Assembly: GCA_964187785.1 (NCBI GenBank)
Contig: OZ076409.1
Span: 65,164,001 to 65,228,000, forward strand
From: Amphiscolops sp. MND2022
Lineage: Eukaryota
Reading direction: 5' to 3'
DNA: 64,000 bases
The notes under the pieces: generated by a model
Told to the model about the DNA's origin: nothing
Database searches by the model: none
Seen by the model: the letters and a program-made list of their open reading frames with translations, nothing else
Shown here: piece after piece, positions 37,301-49,300 of the stretch
How positions within the stretch are numbered: position 1 is the stretch's first letter
How the letters are laid out: each line of letters begins with the position of its first letter
Position numbers and translations under genes: made by a program

Positions 37301-40300
37301 CACATTGCTGGCAAGCATCTAAAATTGACGGATTATTTGAGTAGAAACCCGATTTCAAAGCCGGAGCCAATTGAGAATTACGACGAAGAATACGTAATTA
37401 ATTGCGTAATACCCTTACTGGAGTTCATCAACACACACGGTAGCATCACCAATGAAAGGAAAGTAGAAGCACAAACGGACGAAGTAGCAGCGTCAGCAAA
37501 CAACCAATCACAAACAAGAAGCGTGAACAAAATACAGCTCAGCGAGTACGAACAAGACAAACAGTGGTCATTGAAATCTTCAAAAAGCAAAGTACGTTCA
37601 AATACAGCTGACACAAACCAAACCGTACAAAACAGAATGGATATTAAAACAATCGAATCTATCGAAAAGGACGACCCATCGGAAGAAACACTGAGATTAA
37701 CAACAAGATGGAAGGAGATAACAAAACCAGACGACTACAGATTCACGCAGGGACAATGGAAAAAATACAACCCATCCAGAGCACTGCGGGCAGAACCGAT
37801 ACGAATCGAAGTTGAGCTGTGGCAGAAAAGAAACAGATTGTTATCGAAACGAATGGAAAATAACAGCAGAGAGACAGAAGAAGAACTAGAGAGAAAAAGA
37901 GAATTCCATAGAGTTATCGAAAAAATCAGAGCGAAGCCAAAAAGGGACGACACCGGGACAAGCAGTAACACACAACAACCACAAGAACAAGACGAAATAG
38001 AAACAATGTCGTCGGACTCCGACCAAACAATCGCTGTACCGGCGATCAACTTCAAGAGATACCTGGGGGCGACCAGTGTACGATACATACAAATGGAAAC
38101 GGCGAGCAAAGTGCAATACAACGAAGAATGGGACTTAGAAGAAACCATTCGTCAGGCCGAACAAAAGTTTTCAACCGATTTAAGAACAATTGCAGACGAA
38201 ACAACAAACGACGAAAAGTTAATCAAAACACTGGTATGCCTGGAGAGGAGAAGTTACGAACAAACACTAGACGAATACAAAGAACACCACAAAAACATGT
38301 CGACACGATTTGGAGTAGTGTTCTATAATGACAAAATAGTAATCCCGAAGCCACTACGAAAAACAGTCATCTTATTACTACACAAAGGCCACCCCGCCAT
38401 CAACAAGATGACACATGCAGCCAAACCCTTCTGGTGGCCAAAACTCAACAAGGACATTCAGACGAAATGCAACGAGTGCATTCCCTGCAAAATGTCAGGT
38501 AAGATTATAAAACCACAAAAAACAATGACGGAGATAAATTACTTACCTCCGGTAGAAATACCAAACGAGGAAATCCAATTGGATTTCATCGGACCAATAA
38601 GATTCAAACACCGGCGATTTTACATACTGATATCTATTGACCGGTATAGCAGATGGCCGGCAGCCTGCATATGTGAAGCTCCTACAGGCAAAACAGCGAA
38701 AATTTTTCTACAACAATACATACTACTGAACGGTATCCCACAAGTAATTAGAACAGATAAAGGTACCGCCTTTACCGGAAAAGAGTTTAGACAAATGTGT
38801 AAAAACCTACACATTAAACTAATATATGGCACACCATATATACACACAGCTACGGGACTAGTAGAAAGGGGAATAAAAACACTGAAAGATCTAATGAGAA
38901 CTAATTTAGAAGACAAATGCAACTTAAATGATGCTCTATACCAGTCCCTGATGGTAATGCGAATGACCATCCACTCAAAAACTAAAGAAACACCGTTCGA
39001 AAGACATTATGGTCGAAAGCCACGAACGGAATTAACCAGCTACTTAAACTTACCAACGGACAAAAATAATTATGTTTCAGCACAACCGGAGACCCTACAA
39101 GTCTACTCGTTCAACAACGGGCGAGGAGGATATGATCAACTCATCATGAAAACCCCTTCGAAAGCTGAAATGCGATGTTAGTAATAACCTTCCATACAAA
39201 TTCCTAGAGAAAAAACAAAATAAAAACAAATTTGAAAGTGAATACGATACAAATCCACAAACAGCAGTAGCTGAAACCAAACACACAATAACGACGGATA
39301 CAAATAAAATAATACACAAGAAACGGATAAGTAAACCATTACCAAACTCATTTCAGAACCCCCTATCAAGAAGAGGAGAAAACCGTCGAGGCACAGACGG
39401 AAGATTTGTCCAGACATCCATACAATCAGACTCAGAAGACGAAGAAGAAGAAGAAGAAGAAACACAAACCGAAACCGATGAAAGACGAGCAAGTACTCCA
39501 ACGGCAGAAACATCAGTAGAGGGGATGGAAACCAGCTTTGATTTCACACCACCGATACAAATCGGAAGAGGAAGAAAGAAGACAACCAAGGAAAAAACCC
39601 CGGGAGAAAAAAACCTAAAACTCCACGTGGACAGAATGAGTGAAGAACAACTAGAGCAAGCAATGGAGGCAATAGCCGAGGACCCGACAACAATCACCAT
39701 CGTCGACAACAACGGTAACGAAAATCAAAACCAAAACAACCAAAACCAAATAAAAACTGAAATAACGGAGTTACCAGATACAATTGAAACAAACAATACC
39801 AACATACAAACTAGAAAATCTTCTAGAATAAGAACAAATAATCCGATAATAAGATACGGAAATCCAGTAACATTCTGATATTTACAGGAAACACCGTTAA
39901 ACGAATAAACAGCCAAGCCAGCGGAAACACACAATCAGACTGAGGAGGACCGGAAGAGAAAACAGGAGGAACGTGAAGAAACCATAACATGGTATCGAGG
40001 CGAGAAGCACCGTCAAATCTTAAACAAGAAACTGAACGGACTCATTATCAACAATTGAGTTGATACAACCTTTTTGTTTATACATGTAATCTAAATTTGT
40101 GTTATAAAATACAGTTATCAATTATACTAGATAACTTCCTACCAGGGGGGGAATGTGACATGAATACAGTTGAAGGTCAATAGTAACGCAATGTTACATA
40201 ATTCTTACTTACTCTATGACCTTTTATGTTAATTACATAACATACCTGCTAGTAACTTTAATGTCATCTGTAGTACGATATAGTGGACACTATAACTTAA

Positions 40301-40358
40301 TCTTACGTACAATACAGTATTACATTCCCAAACTTCTTTATTCCATTGGTATACAACA
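34362..40358 (+). mobile_element. Ty3/Gypsy LTR retrotransposon C (6.0 kb, short LTRs)
   Basis: 205-bp LTRs 34362-34566 and 40154-40358 (1 mismatch seen), 5-bp TSD ATTCC, PBS TGGCGCAGTCAG at 34567 (tRNA-Ser-like), PPT AGGGGGGGAA at 40144-40153. Confidence 0.96.
34580..39878 (+). pseudogene. Element C gag-pol, single frame interrupted by TGA (35459-35461) and a +1 frameshift near 39157
   Basis: Gag knuckles, IIDSGS protease, AWLDD RT, TDAS/ELELLAV RNase H and integrase DDE. The frames on either side of the TGA are continuous. After 39159 the +1 frame runs open to 39878. Confidence 0.88.
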
Positions 40359-41406
40359 ATTCCTATGTCACCCTGAAACTGGAAAATTACCTTATTCTTG
40401 GCATTGTTTTTATGCGCTAGTTACACGGTGGTCTGATGCAGGTTACTTTTAGCAATCAAAGTCTAGGACCGGTTGGTCAGTATTCGTCGAAGCACCCACG
40501 GCCCCGGGACGTATTTCACCCCTGGAGGCAAAATAGATCTGTGGTGATGAACGCGTTAAGCGACCGAAAACAGTTTACAATAGCTGCGACTTCATTGAGC
40601 GTTGATTGGAGCGTTGTCGTTCCTCGTAATTCATTCTAATGTTACTTTGTCGTGTCATAATTTTGGGCCTCGAACTAGGTTCTCAAAAATTTTGAGAAAA
40701 CGCATTTTTCAAGATTTTATGAGACTTTTAGCCGAACTTCCCGGATCATGGCTTGCACGTTTTTTTTTGAAAAAAACTCTCACTGGCACCTGATCCTTGG
40801 TAATACAAAGGTTTATTTATTTCCATAATTTGCTGTTTCTGAAATCGATGCGATGGAGTTTCAGAAAAACGCAAGAAAACGCAGTTTGTGTCCGAAAGAA
40901 TTTATGTTTTGAAAAGTCATTGCTGAATGAGTAAACAAAGACTAAAACAAACACAATTGGACAAATAATGATTGATGTACGGTATAAGAAAATACTGATA
41001 TGATGATACTGAATGGGCGAAATGGTCAGAATAAAAAAATGTTAATTTTATCAGTTTAAAGATCAGTTCGCTGGGCCAAATGGTACAATTTGGCCCTCTA
41101 AAACCTTTGGCCCCCTTAGAACTTTGTAGAACTATTTTTGCCGGTTTGTGTGGAATGAAACAAGAGTCACTATTAAAATCGCGTTCCCCTTCAGGAAGCA
41201 CCGACTAAAAAACAGGAGTTTGACATGGAATGTCACATCAAGACGACTCAAAATAAAGGTATGTGTACATTCACGACAACCATACTAGAACGAAAAGTGG
41301 ATCTGAAACACTACAAACCCTTCATCAATCTTGAACTAATTCTAGATATGGAGAGGTGCGAGAATTTCTTCAAACAATGAATGCGGGAAATCAGCTCCTC
41401 TTAATC

Positions 41407-42251
41407 TTTTTTGGTTGACGCTTCGAAGAAAAGTGCCACCTATTACATAGGCTAGTTTTCTTTTGAACAACCACAGATCTCACCCTTTGTGTACCACTTT
41501 TTGTGCGCAGTGCACTTTTACCATAAGTCCTTAGTACTTGATTTTTAACGAATCCAAAGCCTCTAACATGAAATACAAAACCATTGCAATGCAGAAGGGT
41601 TTTCGCCTTCCCAGTTTTTTTTTGATATTTTGCAACAAAATGGGTGTTGTAAAAGCCCAAAGGTGCGTTTTACTTTTTTGGCAATATGAGACTATTGAAA
41701 GTTCTCATTTTTTGAACATTTTCGAAACTTTTTGAAATGTCTCTAAAGGGACCCCCTATCAATATTCTGATACTTTATAACAAACTGGATTTTCAAAAAG
41801 CTCAAAGGGTCCCCCTTTGTACAATTTTCGGCATTTTGAGACTTTTCGAAATGATTATTTTACGTTTTGCAATTTGGTTTTCTCAGTGGACCAGCACAAT
41901 ATATCCGAATTTTTGGCACTTTGTGACTTTTTTCCAATTTGTTTTTTTTTCGAAGCTACTCAACGTTCACTGGAAACAAAAAATTTTGCGAGCATAGAGA
42001 TCTCCTCAGGAATTTCAGCACTAAGCACTAAACGACCTGTCCCGAAAGAAAAAATCCATTTTTTCCCAACAAAAAGTTCTTTTTCAGTGAGTGAAAAGTT
42101 GTTTCCGAGTCATATTGAGCGTGAAAAGCACGCTTTGCGTTTTTCGAAACTGTTTTTTGATTTTTTCATAACAACTACTTGGGCATATTTTAAAGACTTT
42201 GCGTTTCTTGAACCTTAGGTATAGCGCCTACTTTAGACGTTGCCGTCTTGT
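41407..42251 (+). mobile_element. Helentron/DINE-1-like non-autonomous element (diverged)
   Basis: Degenerate 5' palindrome and 3' end ATAGCGCCTACTTTAGACGTTGCCGTCTTGT. Confidence 0.55.
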
Positions 42252-42378
42252 CTAATCTAGTTTTAGGTAAAGGAAAAGTCCATGGTGAATCCGCTTCGTG
42301 GATTAATTGTACAATTCATAAAAAAAGAACAACTCTAACCCAGACCGTGGAATTTTTTACCTTGCAGTGGGAAGGTGC

Positions 42379-42964
42379 TTTTAGTCGGCGCTTTTCCAGT
42401 GAAAAGAGCCCGACTATTACAGTGGCTAGTTTTTTTCTTTTTGCTTCGTCAGACCAGAGACCTCACCGTGAATGTAGTGAATGTACCACTTTTTAGTACA
42501 GACTTTACTCGGTTTACAGTGAACCCAGCAGTCACGCGTTCGATTCCTTGCTTTAGCCAGAAACTTTTCCGAGCATTTGCGGAAACGGACGAGACTGAAG
42601 GGTCCCCTCTTTCAATTTGTTTCGGCACTATGCAATTTTTTCGATTTTTTTTGCCTTCAAAGGGCCCCACCTTCGAGTTTTTTTGATATTTCGCAGCAAA
42701 CTAAAGTGCCAAAAAACCCCAAAGGGTCTCCCCTTTCAAGTATTGCGGCACTATGAGACTGTTCAAAGTTCTCATTTTTCGTTTTTTTTTTCGAAAACTT
42801 CAAAAAAATTGATTTTTTTGTCTCCAAAGGGCCCTTCAATTTTTTTGATATACTGCAGCAAACTGGATTTTCAAAAAGCCCGAAGACTCCACCTTTTACA
42901 GTTTCAAAACCTTTGCGCTTTTTGAGCCTTAGATATACGCCTACTTTAGACGTTCCCGTCTTGT
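42379..42964 (+). mobile_element. Helentron/DINE-1-like non-autonomous element (uninterrupted paralog of element B's target)
   Basis: TTTTAGTCGGCGCTTTTCCAGTGAAAAGAGCCCGACTA ... CGCCTACTTTAGACGTTCCCGTCTTGT. Confidence 0.65.
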
Positions 42965-43431
42965 TGTCATTTGCATTTCGAATTGAACGTTTTTTTTATA
43001 CGAAGAAGAGAACTGGTTGGAAACAGGCCGACCGTTGAGAATGATACATATGTGATATCCAAAAGTTTCTTCAACTAAAATACTTTCTCTGTAACTGGCA
43101 AACGGCAAACGGCTACGGCACCTTTTTTGATTATGGAAAAACATTCGATATAATATTGTTAAAAGAGCCATTCTTTGGAAGGAGTTTTACTATAGTACTA
43201 TGAAAATGAAAACTTTCAACGTCATACGTGGTCTTTCCGCAAGAAAAAAAGAAGATGATAAAGAAGCGTTCGACAAGTGTTATATTTTTAGTCGGAGCTT
43301 ACTTAGTGAAAAGAGCCCGGCTATTACAGTGGCTAGTTTTTTTCCTTTGTTTTTTTTCGTCACACTACAGACCTCATCGTGTATGTGCCATTTTTTAGTA
43401 CACACTTTACTCGGTTTACGGTGAACCCAGT

Positions 43432-45210
43432 TGTCGCAGGCTGCCGCCTGTGATGGCAACAACTATACGACCTCGGGATACGGACAAGAAATTACCCCAG
43501 GTACATTACCCATTTATTAAACTCAAAACTGCAATTGCCAAGACTCGCTTTAACTATTTTAGTTTATTTATCCAAACTGAATATTAGTCTGTTAAGTACA
43601 ATTTGGAATTGTCCAAATTGGGATGTTTTATGTTGCAAATGTGTTGAATACAATTACAGCAGAGCAATGTAATATAAAGCAACTGTAAGGCAGTATAGGA
43701 AACGTGTTCAAGTGATGCTAAGCGCTGATCCAAAAGCGTCACTTGAGCGCATTGTCTTATCCAATCAGAGCGCTGTATTTGTTGTGCTATATTAGCTTTG
43801 TTGCTATCATGGCCTAATTAGGCCTATTTCCTAAATAACGCTTGCTGTACTGTATTACTTGGTCAAACGGCCGGTTCCGGCCATTTTGTACAAATAGTTA
43901 ATTGACGTTGCTTTGATAGTAATAACCGGACCTATTATTTCAAATTCACTTTAGTCCACTTGTTGATGCTATAATTATACTCCCCGTCTGCCTAAATGTG
44001 AGAAATGAGCATAATAATAATTGCAGTTGGAATGAAGCCTCTCCCCACCTTTTCCCAGTGCAAGACTGAAACCCCGGACATGGCCAGTTTCGGCCTCGTG
44101 AAAATAACTTGCACCAATTTCACTGCTGCGTTTGTTGATCATGATTTATTCAATTTGATACGTGAATTAGACGGCACATGGCAAGCCGCGTGGCAGCACG
44201 TGCTGTCTCAACACCTTGTAATAAGGAATGCAATGAACAGTGCATTGTTAACATTTTTGTTATTTGTATTGATGTTAAGTACGTTAGTTATTTGTTTGAT
44301 GTTAACTCACGGTCGATGTAAGTTGGGCACGCCGCCTGTCACACCTATAACCACGTGATGTTTGGAATAACATTTGACCTTACTAGGACGAATTCCTGAA
44401 AGTCTTTGAGGTGCTAACTATCTAACTGTATGTCGGTCCTCATGACCATTAAGGAATTTGTCGATTACAAATGGAATTTGATCACACTTGTAAGGGTATA
44501 TATAGCAATGTTTCCTTGAGGTGATTATTAAATCCATACCGATTGTTCAGATCAGTTGATTTGTTTCGCATTTATAGATTGCAAGACTAGATTACCAAAT
44601 AAAATATTCAACCTTGAAATCTTGATGCCTACTACAAGGAAACAAAAGAAAGCTAGAAAGTCTAGAGGAATTGAGATGCTTTCTGACTTGGAGAACCTTG
44701 ACATAATGCTAGGGGAAAACCACTTCAATAGAAATGAAAGGGACGGAAGTGTTAGTAGCAATTTCGGCAGAAGGCCTGGTAGTACCTCTGCAGATGAACT
44801 AGGAAGTAATGGTGAAAACAGGCACTCAGCCACAAGGGACATTGATCCTGGTAATAATGCCGATTATGGTCGAAACTCAATTGGTGGCAACTCTAGTGCT
44901 GAGATTAACAGGTTGTCAAGTGAATTGAACTCTAGATTATCAAGAGAGTTAGATGATATGATGTGTAGTGTCAATTCTCAGATCCAAAGGGCAATTAGTG
45001 ATGCAATAAGCAACCAAGTACTCCCACAAATCCAATCCGCCCTTAGTGCCGGGTCAGGACACATGACACAAAACAGATGGGACATTCCGTCCGAGAGACC
45101 GGAAATAAATTCCGAAGGACTGCAAAATACTAACCCCAAAGACAGTTCAACTAGCAAGCATAACCATGACCATCAGAATGATGGTGGTATCAATTTAAAT
45201 GCTTACGACA
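43432..45210 (+). repeat. 5' LTR of element B
   Basis: Direct repeat of 57777-59555 (offset 14345). Candidate TATATATA at 44497-44504, upstream of the gag ATG at 44625. Confidence 0.96.
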
Positions 45211-46337
45211 TGGTGACAGGAGACAACGAATCTCCGAATCAAGTTCCTGAGTTTCTCACAGGACGGATTCTATCGCGGAATCATCTTGACCAGTCCTATG
45301 AAGACATCAACCTTAACACGACGATCCCAGCACAAGAAAGACCCGCTCCGGTTGCCGAATCTGATCCAATTACTAGACTGGCAGATGTCTTGACAAACAT
45401 GCAGAATCGACCAACAGCCCAACAACTCACCATACGCCCGGTCAACTCAAATACCATGACCTTTGACGGCAAAAGTGAGAAATTTGAACTGTTCGAAGAT
45501 CTGTTTCATACTATGATCAAGATGCAGCCAGAAATGACTGAACAAATGAAGATTAACCATTTCCACTCGCTTTTGAGGAAGAATGCTCTTCAGACGTTCA
45601 GAAATATCAACTCGACCAACCGACAGACTCTTGAAGACGTTTTGGTCATTTTCCGACGAAAATACGTCAAACCCGAGTCACAAGCGACTGCCAAGCACAA
45701 ATGGCACCGCTTGGTCTTTGATCCCAACACGATGAAATTACCGGATTTCCTTGAAGAATTGAATCAAGGGGCAGAAAAAGCATTCGGCGATCATGCACAA
45801 AAAATGATTGACAGCCTATTGTACGCAAAACTGCCTCCGAAACTCAAGCGATCAGTCAACATGGCCAGATTAGAAAATGGCTCTTACGACGAAATAGTTG
45901 CTCATTTGGAGAGGGAACTAGAGCTTAACGCCCTTGAGGAGTCAGATGACCTACCCATGGCAACAATGACCTCCTCATCCTCCAAGACTAAAACCCCTCT
46001 GTCCACTAATCAAATGTCAGATATAACTTGCAACTACTGCAAGGAAAAGGGCCACATGGTCAAAGACTGTGAAAAACTCAAAAAGAAGAAAGAAAAAGAT
46101 GCCCAACAAGGCAAATCGACGGAGAAGAAAACGTACCCTAAATGCGGGACTTGTGGCAAGAAAAATCATCCAGAGGAGCGATGTTGGCAGGGAGCAGGTG
46201 CTCACTTGAAACCCAAACGAACCAGACCTGAAGATTCTTCAGACACCGACAATGACTCCAAGGCACCCAAACCACACAACAAACCAACGTCCTCCAATAC
46301 CCAATCCTCATCAAACAAAGATGAGTCAAAAAACTAA
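44625..46337 (+). CDS. gag: Element B Gag, starting inside the 5' LTR
   Basis: FDGKSEKFELFEDLF region as in element A, and CCHC knuckles CNYCKEKGHMVKDC and CGTCGKKNHPEERC. About 195 codons lie in the LTR. Confidence 0.92.
   Translation: MPTTRKQKKARKSRGIEMLSDLENLDIMLGENHFNRNERDGSVSSNFGRRPGSTSADELGSNGENRHSATRDIDPGNNADYGRNSIGGNSSAEINRLSSELNSRLSRELDDMMCSVNSQIQRAISDAISNQVLPQIQSALSAGSGHMTQNRWDIPSERPEINSEGLQNTNPKDSSTSKHNHDHQNDGGINLNAYDMVTGDNESPNQVPEFLTGRILSRNHLDQSYEDINLNTTIPAQERPAPVAESDPITRLADVLTNMQNRPTAQQLTIRPVNSNTMTFDGKSEKFELFEDLFHTMIKMQPEMTEQMKINHFHSLLRKNALQTFRNINSTNRQTLEDVLVIFRRKYVKPESQATAKHKWHRLVFDPNTMKLPDFLEELNQGAEKAFGDHAQKMIDSLLYAKLPPKLKRSVNMARLENGSYDEIVAHLERELELNALEESDDLPMATMTSSSSKTKTPLSTNQMSDITCNYCKEKGHMVKDCEKLKKKKEKDAQQGKSTEKKTYPKCGTCGKKNHPEERCWQGAGAHLKPKRTRPEDSSDTDNDSKAPKPHNKPTSSNTQSSSNKDESKN
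45211..45222 (+). promoter_or_regulatory. Primer-binding site TGGTGACAGGAG (element B)
   Basis: Directly follows the LTR end ...TTACGACA and matches the element A PBS. Confidence 0.85.
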
Positions 46338-49300
46338 CTTCGCCACGACTCCAATACAACCAACTAATATCCGTCCGTCAATACATCAGGTCGGATCCTC
46401 CGACGAAAACTTTCCATGAATACCAACAACAATTGATGGGTTACCCCTCTGTTGTCTGGCAGCAACAGATGGAAAAAGCTACCATTATCACCTATAATAA
46501 TACCCATTTGCTCCAAAAACCAATTCCTGTATGGGACCCTGATTACACATCTGCTTTCACTAGCCGATTCAGGCCCATTCCCTTGGTAGACGACTACAAC
46601 CCTACCTACATAGATCCTGACTACGGACGAGATCCCTATTGGGATACCGAACTTTACAACCAGGATTTGTTGCAATTCCAATACGTTATCGATGACATAG
46701 AACTCTATAACAGATCAGTCCACGACAATCCACCAATCACCCATAACAAGAAAACCAGAGCATTGATTGAAACATGGCAGATGAATGATGGTACAAGACA
46801 TCCGGTGTTCCCAAACCCCTTGGGGACCGAAACCTCAGACAAACCAGAAGAAACAATACCACAGTCACTACTTGATGAAAGTCAGTTCCAGAACATCCTC
46901 ATCACTAGAGAAGGAGAACCAGACTGTATTCCTCTGTCCACCAGCATAAACTTGAAATGCAAAAAACGCATGCTGTATTTCCCTATGGACTTTGGGGAAC
47001 TGACCATAGATGGACTTATTGACACTGGTGCTTTATCCAGTGCAATCCCTGAAATGGACCTCCGGAAAATCAGGCTCCTATCGCCGCAATCAGTCATCCG
47101 GGAGGGTCCACCTCCGAATTTCCAGATAATGGTCGCAAATGGGCAACTAGAAACTCCAAAGAGTACGATAGAGCTCAAATTTGAAGTTGGTGACATAGAG
47201 TTCCATGAAATTTTCATAGTAATGGAACACTTGACAGGACCGATTATAGGACTCATGTTCCTACAGAGAAACCATACAGTTCTGGACATGAGGCAAGGAA
47301 TACTGAACTTTCCATTCTTTTCGATGCAGCTCAAAACAGCTGATCACAAATACTCGAATGTACTCGAACCAATTTTGAATCCTACCGAAATAACCATTCC
47401 GTCAAATGACAGAGTCCTAATTAGGACCAATTCCCTATTGTACCCTGAAAACACGGTCACAGGGATTTTACAACCGAGCGACCTTCTCCATGAAGAAGGC
47501 GACATCACATTCTGTCCAGCCTTGGTCAGTTTGAATGATGGCAATATACAGATACAGGTAAACAATTTCACAGACCACCCTTACAAGCTCAAAAAGGGAC
47601 TCCATATTGCCAGTTTCTCAGTCATGACGCCAGAACAGATGAAATACGTTAAACCGGTAGACCCAGCTTCAACCTGGCATTTGCTACAAAATGACCAAGA
47701 GCAGGCAGCCCATTACGTCAGTAGTCTCATCAAGACTAACAAGAATCCACAAAATACCGAAAACTACTGGTTCCCAACCCCAGAGAACCCAGGGAATCCG
47801 GAAGAACATACACCAATCCAAAAAAGGATACTCCGTGAATTACTAGCCCTACAGGAACTAGAATCACTTGATCCCACAAAGGACGAGGAATCTAGAACAA
47901 AATTCCTGGAAAACTTTGACTGGAAAGACTCCACATTCACACCTGATGAAAAAGAGAAAATCGAACGATTACTAGTGGAGTTCCATGATATTTTTGCGAG
48001 ACATAGATTCGACATAGGCATGAATGAGGAATTCAAAGTGAAGCTGACACCCAAAGATGATTCCCCAGCCTATAGTCAGAGCCTCCCTGCACCGATAAAC
48101 TTAAAGGAGGACATATTAGTTGAATTAGCCATGCTCCACAAATATGGCATAATAACTACCTTACCGTTCTCGAAATACGCCAGCCCAATATTCGCACAAA
48201 AGAAGCCGAATGGGAAACTGAGACTTCTGGTTGACTTGAGAAAAATCAACAACCTAATCTCTGATGATTATATTAACAATAATCATCCAGTCAGTACCCT
48301 AGTCGATGCCGCCCAACACATGGCAGGCAAGAAACTCTTTTGCAAGTTAGACTGTTCACAAGCGTATCATTGCCTTCCGATGGCTGACCAACGTTCAATC
48401 GAAATGTTGGCCTTTAACTTTGCAAGCCGCACATTTGCATATAGACGACTGGCACAAGGCCTTAATAGAGCACTGTCCGCATTCTCCAGCTTTATGAGAG
48501 AGTACCTTGACAAAGTCATAAAAGCGGACCAATGTGCACAGTATGTAGACGATATTGGCATCGCAGCCAACGACGCCGATCACCTCATTGCTAACCTGAG
48601 AGCAACTTTCAAATGCATCCAGGAAGCAGGCCTTAAATTGACGATGCACAAGTGCCATTTTGGTGCCACAGAAATCGATTTCCTTGGCAGGACAATAACC
48701 GCACAAGGCGTCAAGCCCCAACGGCAGAATGTTCAGAATTTCCTAGAAAAAACCAAATTTCCGAAGTCGAAAAAGGCTCTACAGAGATATTTGGGTTTCT
48801 TGAACTACTACCGGAATTATGTCCCAAGACTGTCTGAACGCCTTGCTCCGTTCTACAAGATGCTGAAGAGTGACGAAAAAGTCCTAGTGTCCAAAGAACT
48901 GGTTCAACAATTTGAGGAAATCAATCGAGCTCTGGACAAATGCTGCGACTTGGCCCTACAACAACCCATCCCGAACAAGCAAATTGCCCTAATGACAGAT
49001 GCAAGCTTTGGTGCTGCAGGATATGCAGTACTAATTGAAGATGACCCGAGTCAGAAATTCACGTCAATCCGCAAATCATATGCACCGGTCGCTTATGGTT
49101 CAAAAACCTTCACCCCAGCCCAGATAAAAATGTCGATTTATGCAAAGGAATTCCTCGCGATTTATTTCGCATTCAAAGAATTTGGGCATATTTTCTGGGG
49201 AGCGCCGAAACCGGTCATAATCCTAACTGACAACAAAGCCGTAACGAGATTTTTCCAGACGAAAATCGTACCCCCAGCCCTGTGGAATGCATGCGACTAT

